A stretch of 37,391 bases of DNA from Gammaproteobacteria bacterium (GTDB lineage: Bacteria > Pseudomonadota > Gammaproteobacteria > Ga0077536), in the NCBI GenBank assembly GCA_963854885.1, contig CAWLAW010000001.1:1-37391 (forward strand), given 5' to 3'. Numbering within the stretch: position 1 is the first letter of the stretch; the number at the start of each line of letters is the position of its first letter. Positions 30,030 through 37,391 of this stretch are shown piece by piece. The notes under the pieces were generated by a model. The model worked only from the letters and a program-made list of their open reading frames with translations. It was not told where the DNA came from and did not search any database. The translations under genes and the position numbers were made by a program.

Positions 30030-30084
30030 ATCCGAGAGTGCTAAAATTTAACGCATAGATAATGCAAATATGGAGCATAAAAAT

Positions 30085-30966
30085 ATGGTCACAGCCGCGC
30101 TAGGGCTACAGATCCCCAGCCCGATCGGTTCTCTAGAAGCCTACATCGGCGCTGTAAATCTTGTGCCAATGCTCACTTTAGAAGAGGAACAATCGCTCGC
30201 TAAGCAATTTCGCGACGATGGCGACATCGACGCGGCACGACGGCTGGTGATGTCGCATTTGCGATTCGTCGTGCGTGTCGCGCGCGGCTATGCGGGCTAC
30301 GGCCTGGCGCAAGGTGATCTTATTCAAGAAGGCAATGTCGGCTTGATGAAAGCGGTGAAACGCTTCGACCCCAGTTTTGGGGTACGGCTCGTGTCGTTTG
30401 CGGTGCACTGGGTGAGGGCCGAAATGCACGAGTTTATTCTGCGCAATTGGCGAATTGTTAAGGTTGCGACGACGAAATCGCAGCGAAAATTGTTTTTTAA
30501 CTTGCGCAGCTCGAAAAAGCGGCTCGGTTGGATGAACAATGACGAAGTCAACGCGATAGCCAAGGATTTGAATGTCGATCCGAAAGACGTATTGCTTATG
30601 GAAGAACGCCTGAGCGCGCATGACGCCTCTTTCGATCCGAACCCCGGCAGCGACGACGAGCAACCAGTGGCACCGGCGAATTACATGTCAGATCGTCGAT
30701 TTGAACCGTCCGAGCAATTAGAAGCATTGGAAACAGAGCAAAATTGTAAGGAGCAACTCGTTGCCGCGTTGCAAGGTTTGGATGAGCGCAGTCGCGATAT
30801 TGTTACCCGACGATGGTTGGTAGAGCCCAAGGAAACGTTGCAACAACTGGCAGACAAGTACGCGGTTTCAGCCGAGCGGATCCGTCAAATTGAAAAGAAT
30901 GCGTTCTCCAATCTACGCGATTTAATGCCCGAGGCCATTACATTACCGAGCGATTTTGCAGGTTAA
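30085..30966 (+). CDS. rpoH: RNA polymerase heat-shock sigma factor RpoH (sigma-32)
   Basis: RpoH box QRKLFFNLR, region 2 ([19 protein letters not shown]) and region 4 ([13 protein letters not shown]). I prefer ATG 30085 because of a GGAG 9 nt upstream. The track start, ATG 30070, is 5 codons upstream. Confidence 0.93.
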   Translation: MVTAALGLQIPSPIGSLEAYIGAVNLVPMLTLEEEQSLAKQFRDDGDIDAARRLVMSHLRFVVRVARGYAGYGLAQGDLIQEGNVGLMKAVKRFDPSFGVRLVSFAVHWVRAEMHEFILRNWRIVKVATTKSQRKLFFNLRSSKKRLGWMNNDEVNAIAKDLNVDPKDVLLMEERLSAHDASFDPNPGSDDEQPVAPANYMSDRRFEPSEQLEALETEQNCKEQLVAALQGLDERSRDIVTRRWLVEPKETLQQLADKYAVSAERIRQIEKNAFSNLRDLMPEAITLPSDFAG

Positions 30967-31676
30967 GCCTGCGAGATCGCGCGACGATAAACGGACGCTA
31001 AGTAAATTAGCAAAAACAGCGCGAAGTAGTATTCCTGGGGTTCGCTAAAGCGTAATTCTAAGGGTAATTGTTCGATTCCAAACAGCGATTTTATCCGTTC
31101 GGGCAATCGCACCAATATCGCAAGTAGCGCGGTTGGCAACAACTCTATTGATGGCCAATACCAAGACTTCTCAGTGTCTGCGACATTGCCTGAGTCGGAG
31201 CCCGCCATACGTTGTCGGATCGGGTAGATAATGCCGCCGACCAGCACCCAGAATTCGAGCAGCATGCGCGGTTTTTGGTCGAACCAACTACTGATGTTAT
31301 GTAAATTGGTTTCTTCTTGGTCATTTACTGCTTCAAGGTAGGCAGGCGTCCCCCAACCAAATAGATGTTGTCCCCAGGACAACTCTTCACCGGCGAAATA
31401 GACACAACCCAGCGTCGTTAAGAGCATCCATACACGCAGACGACGCGTCGGTAAAATTGACGCGACCCGCATCAGTTTAAAGCCAATCACCGCGCCTATA
31501 ATTGAAATAATTGGGGTTGCAAGCTCAATGAGTCCGCGTTCGCCATCGATCCACTGCGCATAGAACTCCGGTGAGACGATTTTAATCGGGACGATGACAA
31601 GTAGCAGAAGAGGTGGAAACCACAGCCACAGCCAGGTGGGTAGTTGAATTGCGGGCGAGCGTGAAACGGAGTCCAT
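30963..31676 (-). CDS. Uncharacterised polytopic membrane protein (~6 TM) downstream of heme O synthase
   Basis: 237-aa ORF with six hydrophobic segments and an intramembrane [13 protein letters not shown] motif. Begins 17 nt after the ctaB stop. I recognise no family. Confidence 0.65.
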   Translation of the reverse strand: MDSVSRSPAIQLPTWLWLWFPPLLLLVIVPIKIVSPEFYAQWIDGERGLIELATPIISIIGAVIGFKLMRVASILPTRRLRVWMLLTTLGCVYFAGEELSWGQHLFGWGTPAYLEAVNDQEETNLHNISSWFDQKPRMLLEFWVLVGGIIYPIRQRMAGSDSGNVADTEKSWYWPSIELLPTALLAILVRLPERIKSLFGIEQLPLELRFSEPQEYYFALFLLIYLASVYRRAISQA

Positions 31677-31693
31677 ACAATTATGCGTAGGGC

Positions 31694-32602
31694 CTAAGCT
31701 AGCGGCGCGAACAATGGCAAATAATGATCGATAAACAACGCAATAAATAGCAAGGTCAAATAAATAATAGAGTAACGAAACGTTTCTTTTGCAAGTTCAT
31801 CGCGATGGTCAACCAGCATTCGAACGACGTAGTACAAGAAAACAGCATCCAGCACCAGCGCCGATACTAGGTAAAACACACCACACATATAAGTTATGTA
31901 GGGAAGTATTGTCGCGATCGTTAAAACGATCGTATATAGCAAAATTTGCACGCGGGTAAATTCAACGCCGTGGGTAATCGGCAGCATTGGTACGTTAACC
32001 TTGGCGTACTCCTCGCGACGATAGATCGCTAGTGCCCAAAAATGCGGCGGGGTCCAGGCAAAAATAATCAAAAACAACAATAACGAATGCGGATCGACGG
32101 CGCCGGTAACTGCCGTCCAGCCGAGTACTGGAGGCGCCGCTCCGGCAGCTCCACCGATTACGATGTTTTGCGGGGTCGCGTGCTTTAGATACATCGTGTA
32201 GATAACCGCGTAGCCAATCAACGAGGCAAACGTCAGTGCCGCGGTCAGCGAGTTGACGAAGACGATCAGTAAGTACATGGATAGGGCGCCGATGACTAGT
32301 GCAAACAAAAACGCATGCGTGCGGGACATCTCGCCTTGGGGTAACGGCCGATTTTCAGTTCGCGCCATCAAAGCATCAATGCGGTACTCCGCTACGTGAT
32401 TGATTGCAGCGGCAGATCCGGCCGCCAGCCCTATGCCGAGCGTGGCAAATATAAAGGTATCTAATGGGACTGCGCCTGGAGTCGCTAGTAGCATTCCGAC
32501 GATAGCGGTAAACACTATCAGCATCACCACGCGCGGTTTACACAGTTCTAGGTATTCCCGCCAAGCTGGGTGAGCACCGGGTTGTAGCGTTGCGTCATTC
32601 AT
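31694..32602 (-). CDS. ctaB: Protoheme IX farnesyltransferase (heme O synthase)
   Basis: 302 aa, UbiA-family polytopic prenyltransferase. Asp/Asn-rich loop (AAINHVAEYRIDALMARTENRPLPQG) and WTPPHFWALA. Confidence 0.92.
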   Translation of the reverse strand: MNDATLQPGAHPAWREYLELCKPRVVMLIVFTAIVGMLLATPGAVPLDTFIFATLGIGLAAGSAAAINHVAEYRIDALMARTENRPLPQGEMSRTHAFLFALVIGALSMYLLIVFVNSLTAALTFASLIGYAVIYTMYLKHATPQNIVIGGAAGAAPPVLGWTAVTGAVDPHSLLLFLIIFAWTPPHFWALAIYRREEYAKVNVPMLPITHGVEFTRVQILLYTIVLTIATILPYITYMCGVFYLVSALVLDAVFLYYVVRMLVDHRDELAKETFRYSIIYLTLLFIALFIDHYLPLFAPLA

Positions 32603-32751
32603 TAGTCAGCTGCTGTTGTACGCTTGGAACCGTTATTTTCACACTATTTGGCATTATATAACGTTACGACGGCAGCCGGTGGCGGCCTCGCTCAGGCGCG
32701 GCAGTATACACGAACTCAAGCGACGCTCTAAGGTAGAGAAATGCGGGTCAG

Positions 32752-33354
32752 CTAGCGAATTTTCGATGCCTGAAGTAATCGTTTAATATCTTTTTTTACG
32801 TCAATCGAAGGTGCATCCGCGTCGAATCTCAGCACGAGCTGCTCACGCCAATCAAGAAATAGTATTTGGGGTAATGCGATATCCGCTACCGCTTTGGTCA
32901 GCAATTCATTTAATTTCAAATACGCCGCAAGATTAACCAAGCTTTTTGCCTGTGGTATTAATTCGCCGTCTGGTTGTTTGGCGCCACTCAATGACAATAT
33001 GTGGACCCGTTGACCCGAGTATCCTAGAAGTCTGCGAATCGTGGTGAGGCGTTCTATTATTTGTGCGCACGCTTGGGCGCACTCGGGTGGTGGGAGTAAA
33101 AGCAGAAGCCACTCGCCGGGCGCTAGATTTGCGCGCTCAAACAATCCCTCGGTGTCTGCCACGTCACGCAGATCAAGGGGCGGCGTAATCAAGCTTCCTC
33201 GATTCGTGCGACCCCAAGAAACCAAGTCGACATATCCCGAGGTTGTTAGCCAGGCAACAAGAATAGGACTTACGAAAATCGCAATGAGACCAATCATTAC
33301 GAGTCGAGGATGCGATTGTGAGTTAGGCGAATTGGAGGCGTTTTTTTCTAACAT
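32752..33354 (-). CDS. Membrane-anchored hypothetical protein with a CxxxC motif (oxidase-cluster associated)
   Basis: 200 aa. One N-terminal TM helix, then a soluble domain in which a beta-strand-like WLLLLLPPP precedes ECAQAC at the start of a predicted helix (thioredoxin/SCO-like layout). The TAGATG junction with the SURF1 gene indicates co-translation. Confidence 0.68.
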   Translation of the reverse strand: MLEKNASNSPNSQSHPRLVMIGLIAIFVSPILVAWLTTSGYVDLVSWGRTNRGSLITPPLDLRDVADTEGLFERANLAPGEWLLLLLPPPECAQACAQIIERLTTIRRLLGYSGQRVHILSLSGAKQPDGELIPQAKSLVNLAAYLKLNELLTKAVADIALPQILFLDWREQLVLRFDADAPSIDVKKDIKRLLQASKIR

Positions 33355-34092
33355 CTAACTTAGCTGCCCGGCGTTGCGGCGGAATAAAAGGAGTAGCGTG
33401 ATTATGGTCAGTACTGCGGCCATCGCAAACCATTGAACGGCGTAAGCTCTGTGCTTTGCCGAACCATCGCCTGGCCTAATCCAGGACCGTTGGAAACCCG
33501 CTGGGGCTCGATTATCCAGATAAAACACGAACGACCCAAGATCTGCGTCGAATCGTTGGCCGATTGTTGCTAAGTCGACGTGCTGCACGAGAATTAATTT
33601 GTCATTTAGTGCTTCAATACGATCCGCATCGTCACCAAACTTCAACCCGGTCACAGGCGGCGGACCAAGGTGTCCGTGAATTTCCACGCTAGCGACAGGT
33701 GTAGTGAATTCCGGGATTGTTGCTCGGGTTGCCCCTGCAGGTATCCACCCTCGATTGACGAGTAGGTGTTTTCCCGACGTCAGTTCTAACGAGGAAAGCA
33801 CTTCGAAACCAACACGTCCATTAACTGTTCGATTATCCAACAACACGTGGACTTGTCCAAACTGCCCAAGGGCGGAAACTCGACGCCAAGCGACGTCCGA
33901 TAACGGCGCCTCTATTAGATTGTCGAGATTAACCGGCTCGGCGGTCATACGCTTCTCATACAACGACGTGCGATCGTGTTTTTCTTGCGCTCGCGCGAGC
34001 TGCCAATAGCCAAGTTTGATAAGTAAGGCGACCGCAAACATTGCTAGCAACAATAACCCGAAATGGCGGCGTACCCGGTCTCGAATTTCCAT
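33355..34092 (-). CDS. SURF1-family cytochrome oxidase assembly protein
   Basis: 245 aa. N- and C-terminal TM helices around a periplasmic domain. GYWQL..R and NRGW motifs. Position within the oxidase cluster. Confidence 0.85.
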   Translation of the reverse strand: MEIRDRVRRHFGLLLLAMFAVALLIKLGYWQLARAQEKHDRTSLYEKRMTAEPVNLDNLIEAPLSDVAWRRVSALGQFGQVHVLLDNRTVNGRVGFEVLSSLELTSGKHLLVNRGWIPAGATRATIPEFTTPVASVEIHGHLGPPPVTGLKFGDDADRIEALNDKLILVQHVDLATIGQRFDADLGSFVFYLDNRAPAGFQRSWIRPGDGSAKHRAYAVQWFAMAAVLTIITLLLLFRRNAGQLS

Positions 34093-34186
34093 ATCCTGTA
34101 CTCGATGATGTCCTGCAAGCTGGGTGGCAGCGCCGTTGGAGAATGCGAGTTATACTTAACGCAGCTTTACGCGCAACGGGCGATCT

Positions 34187-34399
34187 GTGCCACCTATCGT
34201 TAAATATCTCGTGATCGCAATGCTAGTGATGATTGTCGCTTCGCTAGGCTATGCCTTATACCAAATGGCGACCAACCGTGGCGGCGAAAATGACACTTCG
34301 ATGGTTAAGGCGTTAACGATCCGCGTCGGTCTATCTGTCGCGCTGTTTGCAATCTTAATGATATTATCTGCGTTGGGTATTATCTCACCCAACTCATAA
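34187..34399 (+). CDS. Twin-transmembrane-helix small protein (DUF2909-like)
   Basis: 70 aa with a GTG start. Two hydrophobic helices joined by a short polar loop. From memory, a protein of this kind is commonly embedded in proteobacterial aa3 clusters. It is followed directly by a terminator. Confidence 0.68.
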   Translation: MPPIVKYLVIAMLVMIVASLGYALYQMATNRGGENDTSMVKALTIRVGLSVALFAILMILSALGIISPNS

Positions 34400-34428
34400 A
34401 AAAAGGCGCTGTAAAAAAGCGCCTTTTT
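34398..34428 (+). terminator. Bidirectional Rho-independent terminator between the DUF2909-like gene and ctaE
   Basis: A-run, stem AGGCGCT (34404-34410) / AGCGCCT (34418-34424) with a 7-nt loop, then a T-run (34424-34428). It is symmetric, so it can terminate both convergent transcripts. Confidence 0.7.
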
Positions 34429-34445
34429 AGTCAATCGCCTCGACG

Positions 34446-35321
34446 TTACACCCAATAGACGAAGATAAATAACCCTACCCACACCACATCGACGAAATGC
34501 CAATACCAGGCAACACCTTCAAAGGCAAAATGGTGCTTCGGGGTAAAATGGCCCTTAGTTGTTCGCATCAATATGATGAACAACATAAACGTACCCATCG
34601 ACACATGGAATCCGTGGAATCCGGTAAGCATGAAAAACGTCGCGCCGTAAATTCCCGCGTTCATTGTCAAGCCGAGTTCGTGGTAAGCATGGCCATACTC
34701 GCCGGCTTGGAGACAAATAAACACGATTCCGAGCGCAACTGTCGCGGCGAGCCAAGTAATTAACCCGCCTCGATTACCCATTTTAAGTGCCCAATGAGCT
34801 AACGTTACAGTAACCCCACTGGTAAGGAGTATCGCGGTGTTATACGCCGGAATACCCCACGCGCCGATGACGTCTTTTGCTTCGCTGAAACCATAGTTCG
34901 ATGGGATCTGCAGAAGCGGCCAATTCGCGGCGAATTGCGGCCACAAGAACTGATTTGTCGCCGCGCCCGCTCCTTCCCCAGACAACCAGGGGATTGAATA
35001 CATGCGGGCGTAGTACAAAGCGCCAAAAAACGCCGCAAAGAACATCACTTCGGAGAAGATGAACCACAGCATTCCCATACGGAAACTGACATCTTCCTGT
35101 GCTTTGTACTTACCGCCTTCGCTCTCGCCGATAACCGTACCAAACCAACCGAATAGTACGAGGACGAAACCCAATGAACCGAGACCTAAAATGACGGGGC
35201 CAATACTCACGCCGTTTAACGTTGTGGCACCGCCAACAAACATTAAAAACAGTGACAACGACAATGTCACGGGGTAGTGACTTGGCTCCGGGATGTAATA
35301 ATCTGCATGTGCGTCAGACAT
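34446..35321 (-). CDS. ctaE: Cytochrome c oxidase subunit III
   Basis: 291 aa, seven-TM subunit III. Motifs FIFSEVMFF, GFHGFHV and WYWHFVDVVW. Confidence 0.93.
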   Translation of the reverse strand: MSDAHADYYIPEPSHYPVTLSLSLFLMFVGGATTLNGVSIGPVILGLGSLGFVLVLFGWFGTVIGESEGGKYKAQEDVSFRMGMLWFIFSEVMFFAAFFGALYYARMYSIPWLSGEGAGAATNQFLWPQFAANWPLLQIPSNYGFSEAKDVIGAWGIPAYNTAILLTSGVTVTLAHWALKMGNRGGLITWLAATVALGIVFICLQAGEYGHAYHELGLTMNAGIYGATFFMLTGFHGFHVSMGTFMLFIILMRTTKGHFTPKHHFAFEGVAWYWHFVDVVWVGLFIFVYWV

Positions 35322-35327
35322 GGGGGC

Positions 35328-35909
35328 TTACTCTCTCATAAATAATTGTTTAGTGGACGGGGGATTGAGCGCGGTGACTTCCGGCGCCTCAAAAAATGTA
35401 TACGCTAGTGTCAAGGTGCGCACGTGAGCAGGTAATTTCGGATCGATAACAAATCGCACGGGCATGTCCTTGGATTCACCCGGTTCTAATTTTTGTTGGG
35501 TAAAGCAAAAGCACTCTGTTTTATTGAAATATTTTGCCGCTGAATTTGGCGCGACACTTGGCACAGCGTGGCCGGTAATCGGGTACTGTGCTCGATTGAC
35601 GGCAACAAACATCGCGTTCGTTGGTTCTCCAGGATGCACAGAGATCTTAGCAACGGTTGGTTTAAAATCCCAAGGTAGGGAAGCGCCAGTACTTGTCACG
35701 AATTCTACGATCACACTTCTATCGTCATCTATAACCAACGCTTCTGCGTTTTCCGCAGACAACCGTCCCGTTTTTCCATTTAAGCCGGTGATGTCGCAGA
35801 AAACGTTATACAAGGGCACGAGCGCGTAGCCGAATCCGAACATAGCGACGGTTAAAACTAACAGCTTAATTCCAAGCCGTTTGTTCGCCGTATCGATCGG
35901 ATCCGTCAT
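35328..35909 (-). CDS. ctaG: Cytochrome c oxidase assembly protein CtaG/Cox11 (CuB insertion)
   Basis: 193 aa. N-terminal TM anchor and the copper-binding CFCF motif within TECFCFTQQ. Confidence 0.92.
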   Translation of the reverse strand: MTDPIDTANKRLGIKLLVLTVAMFGFGYALVPLYNVFCDITGLNGKTGRLSAENAEALVIDDDRSVIVEFVTSTGASLPWDFKPTVAKISVHPGEPTNAMFVAVNRAQYPITGHAVPSVAPNSAAKYFNKTECFCFTQQKLEPGESKDMPVRFVIDPKLPAHVRTLTLAYTFFEAPEVTALNPPSTKQLFMRE

Positions 35910-35910
35910 G

Positions 35911-36030
35911 CTATAGGTGACTCACAATGAAGGCAATGTAGAACACGGCAACCAAAGTACCGAGGATCGCCGCCGTTTTTGTCGCTTTGCGTCGGTTCTC
36001 CTTGAGGTTCTTGTGCTCACTGTCAGACAC
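35911..36030 (-). CDS. Unannotated 39-aa single-TM peptide between ctaD and ctaG (possible small oxidase assembly or subunit-IV-like protein)
   Basis: Hand translation from GTG 36030 gives MSDSEHKNLKENRRKATKTAAILGTLVAVFYIAFIVSHL, a basic N-terminus followed by one clean hydrophobic helix. A GAGG lies 10 nt upstream, inside the end of ctaD. The stop at 35911-35913 is one nt before the ctaG ATG. Below the size cutoff of the ORF track. Confidence 0.5.
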   Translation of the reverse strand: MSDSEHKNLKENRRKATKTAAILGTLVAVFYIAFIVSHL

Positions 36031-36037
36031 CTTTCAC

Positions 36038-37391
36038 TTACCTCATGCCGCCTTCGATCGAAGCCGGCGCAGGTGGCGTCGTGAAGCTGTGATATGGCGG
36101 TGGGGACAGGAGTGTCCACTCGAGACCATGTGCACCTTCCCATACTTGAGATGTCGCTTTTTCGCCGCCTTTAACGCATTTCCAAATCACCATGACGAAG
36201 AGAATTTGCGCAAACCCGAAAACGAAACCGCCAATACTCGAGACCATGTTGAAATCCGCAAATTGAACCGCGTAGTCTGGAATACGTCGCGGCATCCCTG
36301 CTAGCCCAAGGAAATGCTGCGGGAAAAACAACACGTTTACCGAAATCGTGGATAGCCAGAAATGCCACTTTCCAAGACTCTCGTCGTACATGTGGCCGGT
36401 CCATTTCGGCAGCCAAAAATACGTCGCCGAGATGATTGAGAATATTGCGCCGGTGACAAGAACATAATGGAAATGTGCCACCACAAAATAGGTATCGTGG
36501 TATTGAAAATCGACTGGGGTGATACCAAGCATCAAGCCCGAGAAACCGCCGATTGTAAACAAAATGACAAACGCTAGTGAGAACAGCATTGGCACTTCGA
36601 AGGTCATCGAACTTTGCCAAATCGTTGCGCACCAATTAAATATTTTCACTCCCGTTGGCACGGCGATTAAGATCGTCGTGTACATGAAGAATAGTTCGCC
36701 CGCCAGCGGCATCCCGACGGTGAACATGTGATGTGCCCAGACGATAAACGATAAAAACGCGATGGCGCCGGTGGCGTAAACCATAGATGCGTATCCAAAT
36801 AGCGGCTTGCGCGCGAATGTCGGAATAATTGCCGAGGCAATGCCAAAAGCCGGCAAGATCAAAATATAGACTTCTGGGTGACCGAAAAACCAAAAGATAT
36901 GCTGAAACATGACCGGATCACCGCCACCTGAGGCGGCGAAGAACGCGGTACCAAAGAATTTATCCGTTAGGAGCATCGTAACTGCGCCTGCGAGTACCGG
37001 AATTGAGGCAATTAGTAAGAATGCTGTAATGATCCATGTCCAGACAAATAACGGCAGCTTCATTAACGTCATGCCCGGCGCGCGCATATTAAATACCGTC
37101 GCGATGATGTTGATCGCGCCCGCAATAGACGACGCACCCATAAAGTGAACGGCGAAAATTAGAAACGGGAAAGCGTCTCCGGTTTGCAACACCAGCGGCG
37201 GATACATTGTCCAGCCACCGGCAGGCGCACCGCCTGGCAAAAAAAATGTCCCCAACAGTAACGTAAACGCGAAAGGTAATATCCAGAAACTCCAATTATT
37301 GAGTCGCGGCAAGGCCATATCTGGCGCGCCGATCATCATGGGGATCAGCCAATTCGCAAAACCCGTCCAAGCGGGCATCACCGCCCCGAAG
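36038..37391 (-). CDS. ctaD: Cytochrome c oxidase subunit I (aa3-type), with the 5-prime end beyond the window
   Basis: Heme and CuB ligand blocks are present: FFGHPEVYILILPAFG, WAHHMFTVGM and VAHFHYVL. The frame stays open to the window edge, so the N-terminal ~80-90 residues are missing (partial CDS). Confidence 0.95.
   Translation of the reverse strand, partial: FGAVMPAWTGFANWLIPMMIGAPDMALPRLNNWSFWILPFAFTLLLGTFFLPGGAPAGGWTMYPPLVLQTGDAFPFLIFAVHFMGASSIAGAINIIATVFNMRAPGMTLMKLPLFVWTWIITAFLLIASIPVLAGAVTMLLTDKFFGTAFFAASGGGDPVMFQHIFWFFGHPEVYILILPAFGIASAIIPTFARKPLFGYASMVYATGAIAFLSFIVWAHHMFTVGMPLAGELFFMYTTILIAVPTGVKIFNWCATIWQSSMTFEVPMLFSLAFVILFTIGGFSGLMLGITPVDFQYHDTYFVVAHFHYVLVTGAIFSIISATYFWLPKWTGHMYDESLGKWHFWLSTISVNVLFFPQHFLGLAGMPRRIPDYAVQFADFNMVSSIGGFVFGFAQILFVMVIWKCVKGGEKATSQVWEGAHGLEWTLLSPPPYHSFTTPPAPASIEGGMR

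Noticed and set aside
30178-30663. 161-aa ORF antisense to rpoH
   Set aside because: It overlaps the highly conserved sigma-32 regions 2-3 and has no independent support.
32603-32751. 149-bp gap where ctaA/COX15 would be expected, examined as a possible gene remnant
   Set aside because: It is far too short for a pseudogene, and I recognised no heme A synthase-like peptide in any frame. I treat it as a plain intergenic or promoter region.
35922-36143. 73-aa ORF in the ctaD-ctaG gap (listed in the track)
   Set aside because: It overlaps the 3-prime end of ctaD in another frame and is Arg/Ser-rich with no hydrophobic helix. The alternative 39-aa frame (35911..36030) fits the gap and looks like a genuine membrane peptide.

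Overview
This is a densely packed chromosomal core region of a gammaproteobacterium, roughly 50% GC by eye. From memory, the gene order closely parallels Pseudomonas and Cellvibrionales-type chromosomes. I call 41 protein genes, which fall into these blocks. (1) pilU-pilT, divergent from yggS-proC-yggT-metX-metW-DUF4426. (2) An ExoIII-family gene divergent from pyrE, followed by a DUF4124 gene. (3) A minus-strand coaBC-algC-argB-slmA run, divergent from radC-rpmB-rpmG. (4) desA. (5) A GldA/F/G-like ABC-2 transporter whose last gene overlaps the mutM start. (6) A minus-strand run of M16-M16-rsmD-coaD-yfhL-ggt, divergent from ftsY-ftsE-ftsX-rpoH. (7) An aa3-type cytochrome c oxidase structural and assembly cluster (ctaD partial, small peptide, ctaG, ctaE, DUF2909, SURF1, a CxxxC protein, ctaB, an unknown membrane protein). 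rpmG (51 aa) and a 39-aa membrane peptide are absent from the supplied ORF track and were read directly from the DNA. I saw no tRNA or rRNA genes, CRISPR arrays, IS elements, integrases, phage genes or recognisable defence genes. I also do not see a convincing self-contained novel system; this looks like ordinary housekeeping DNA. The points most worth a second look are these. The 840-codon algC carries an in-frame two-TM N-terminal module. A catalytically intact ExoIII-family gene sits in the position that crc occupies in Pseudomonas. The ABC-2/GldG-like transporter of unknown substrate is translationally coupled to mutM. The oxidase cluster lacks heme A synthase (ctaA/COX15) and a canonical SCO1/SenC but contains two uncharacterised membrane proteins. 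A textbook sigma-E-type promoter upstream of rpoH is overlapped by a perfect 10-bp inverted repeat. All homology statements rest on motif recognition and recalled sequences, not on database searches.
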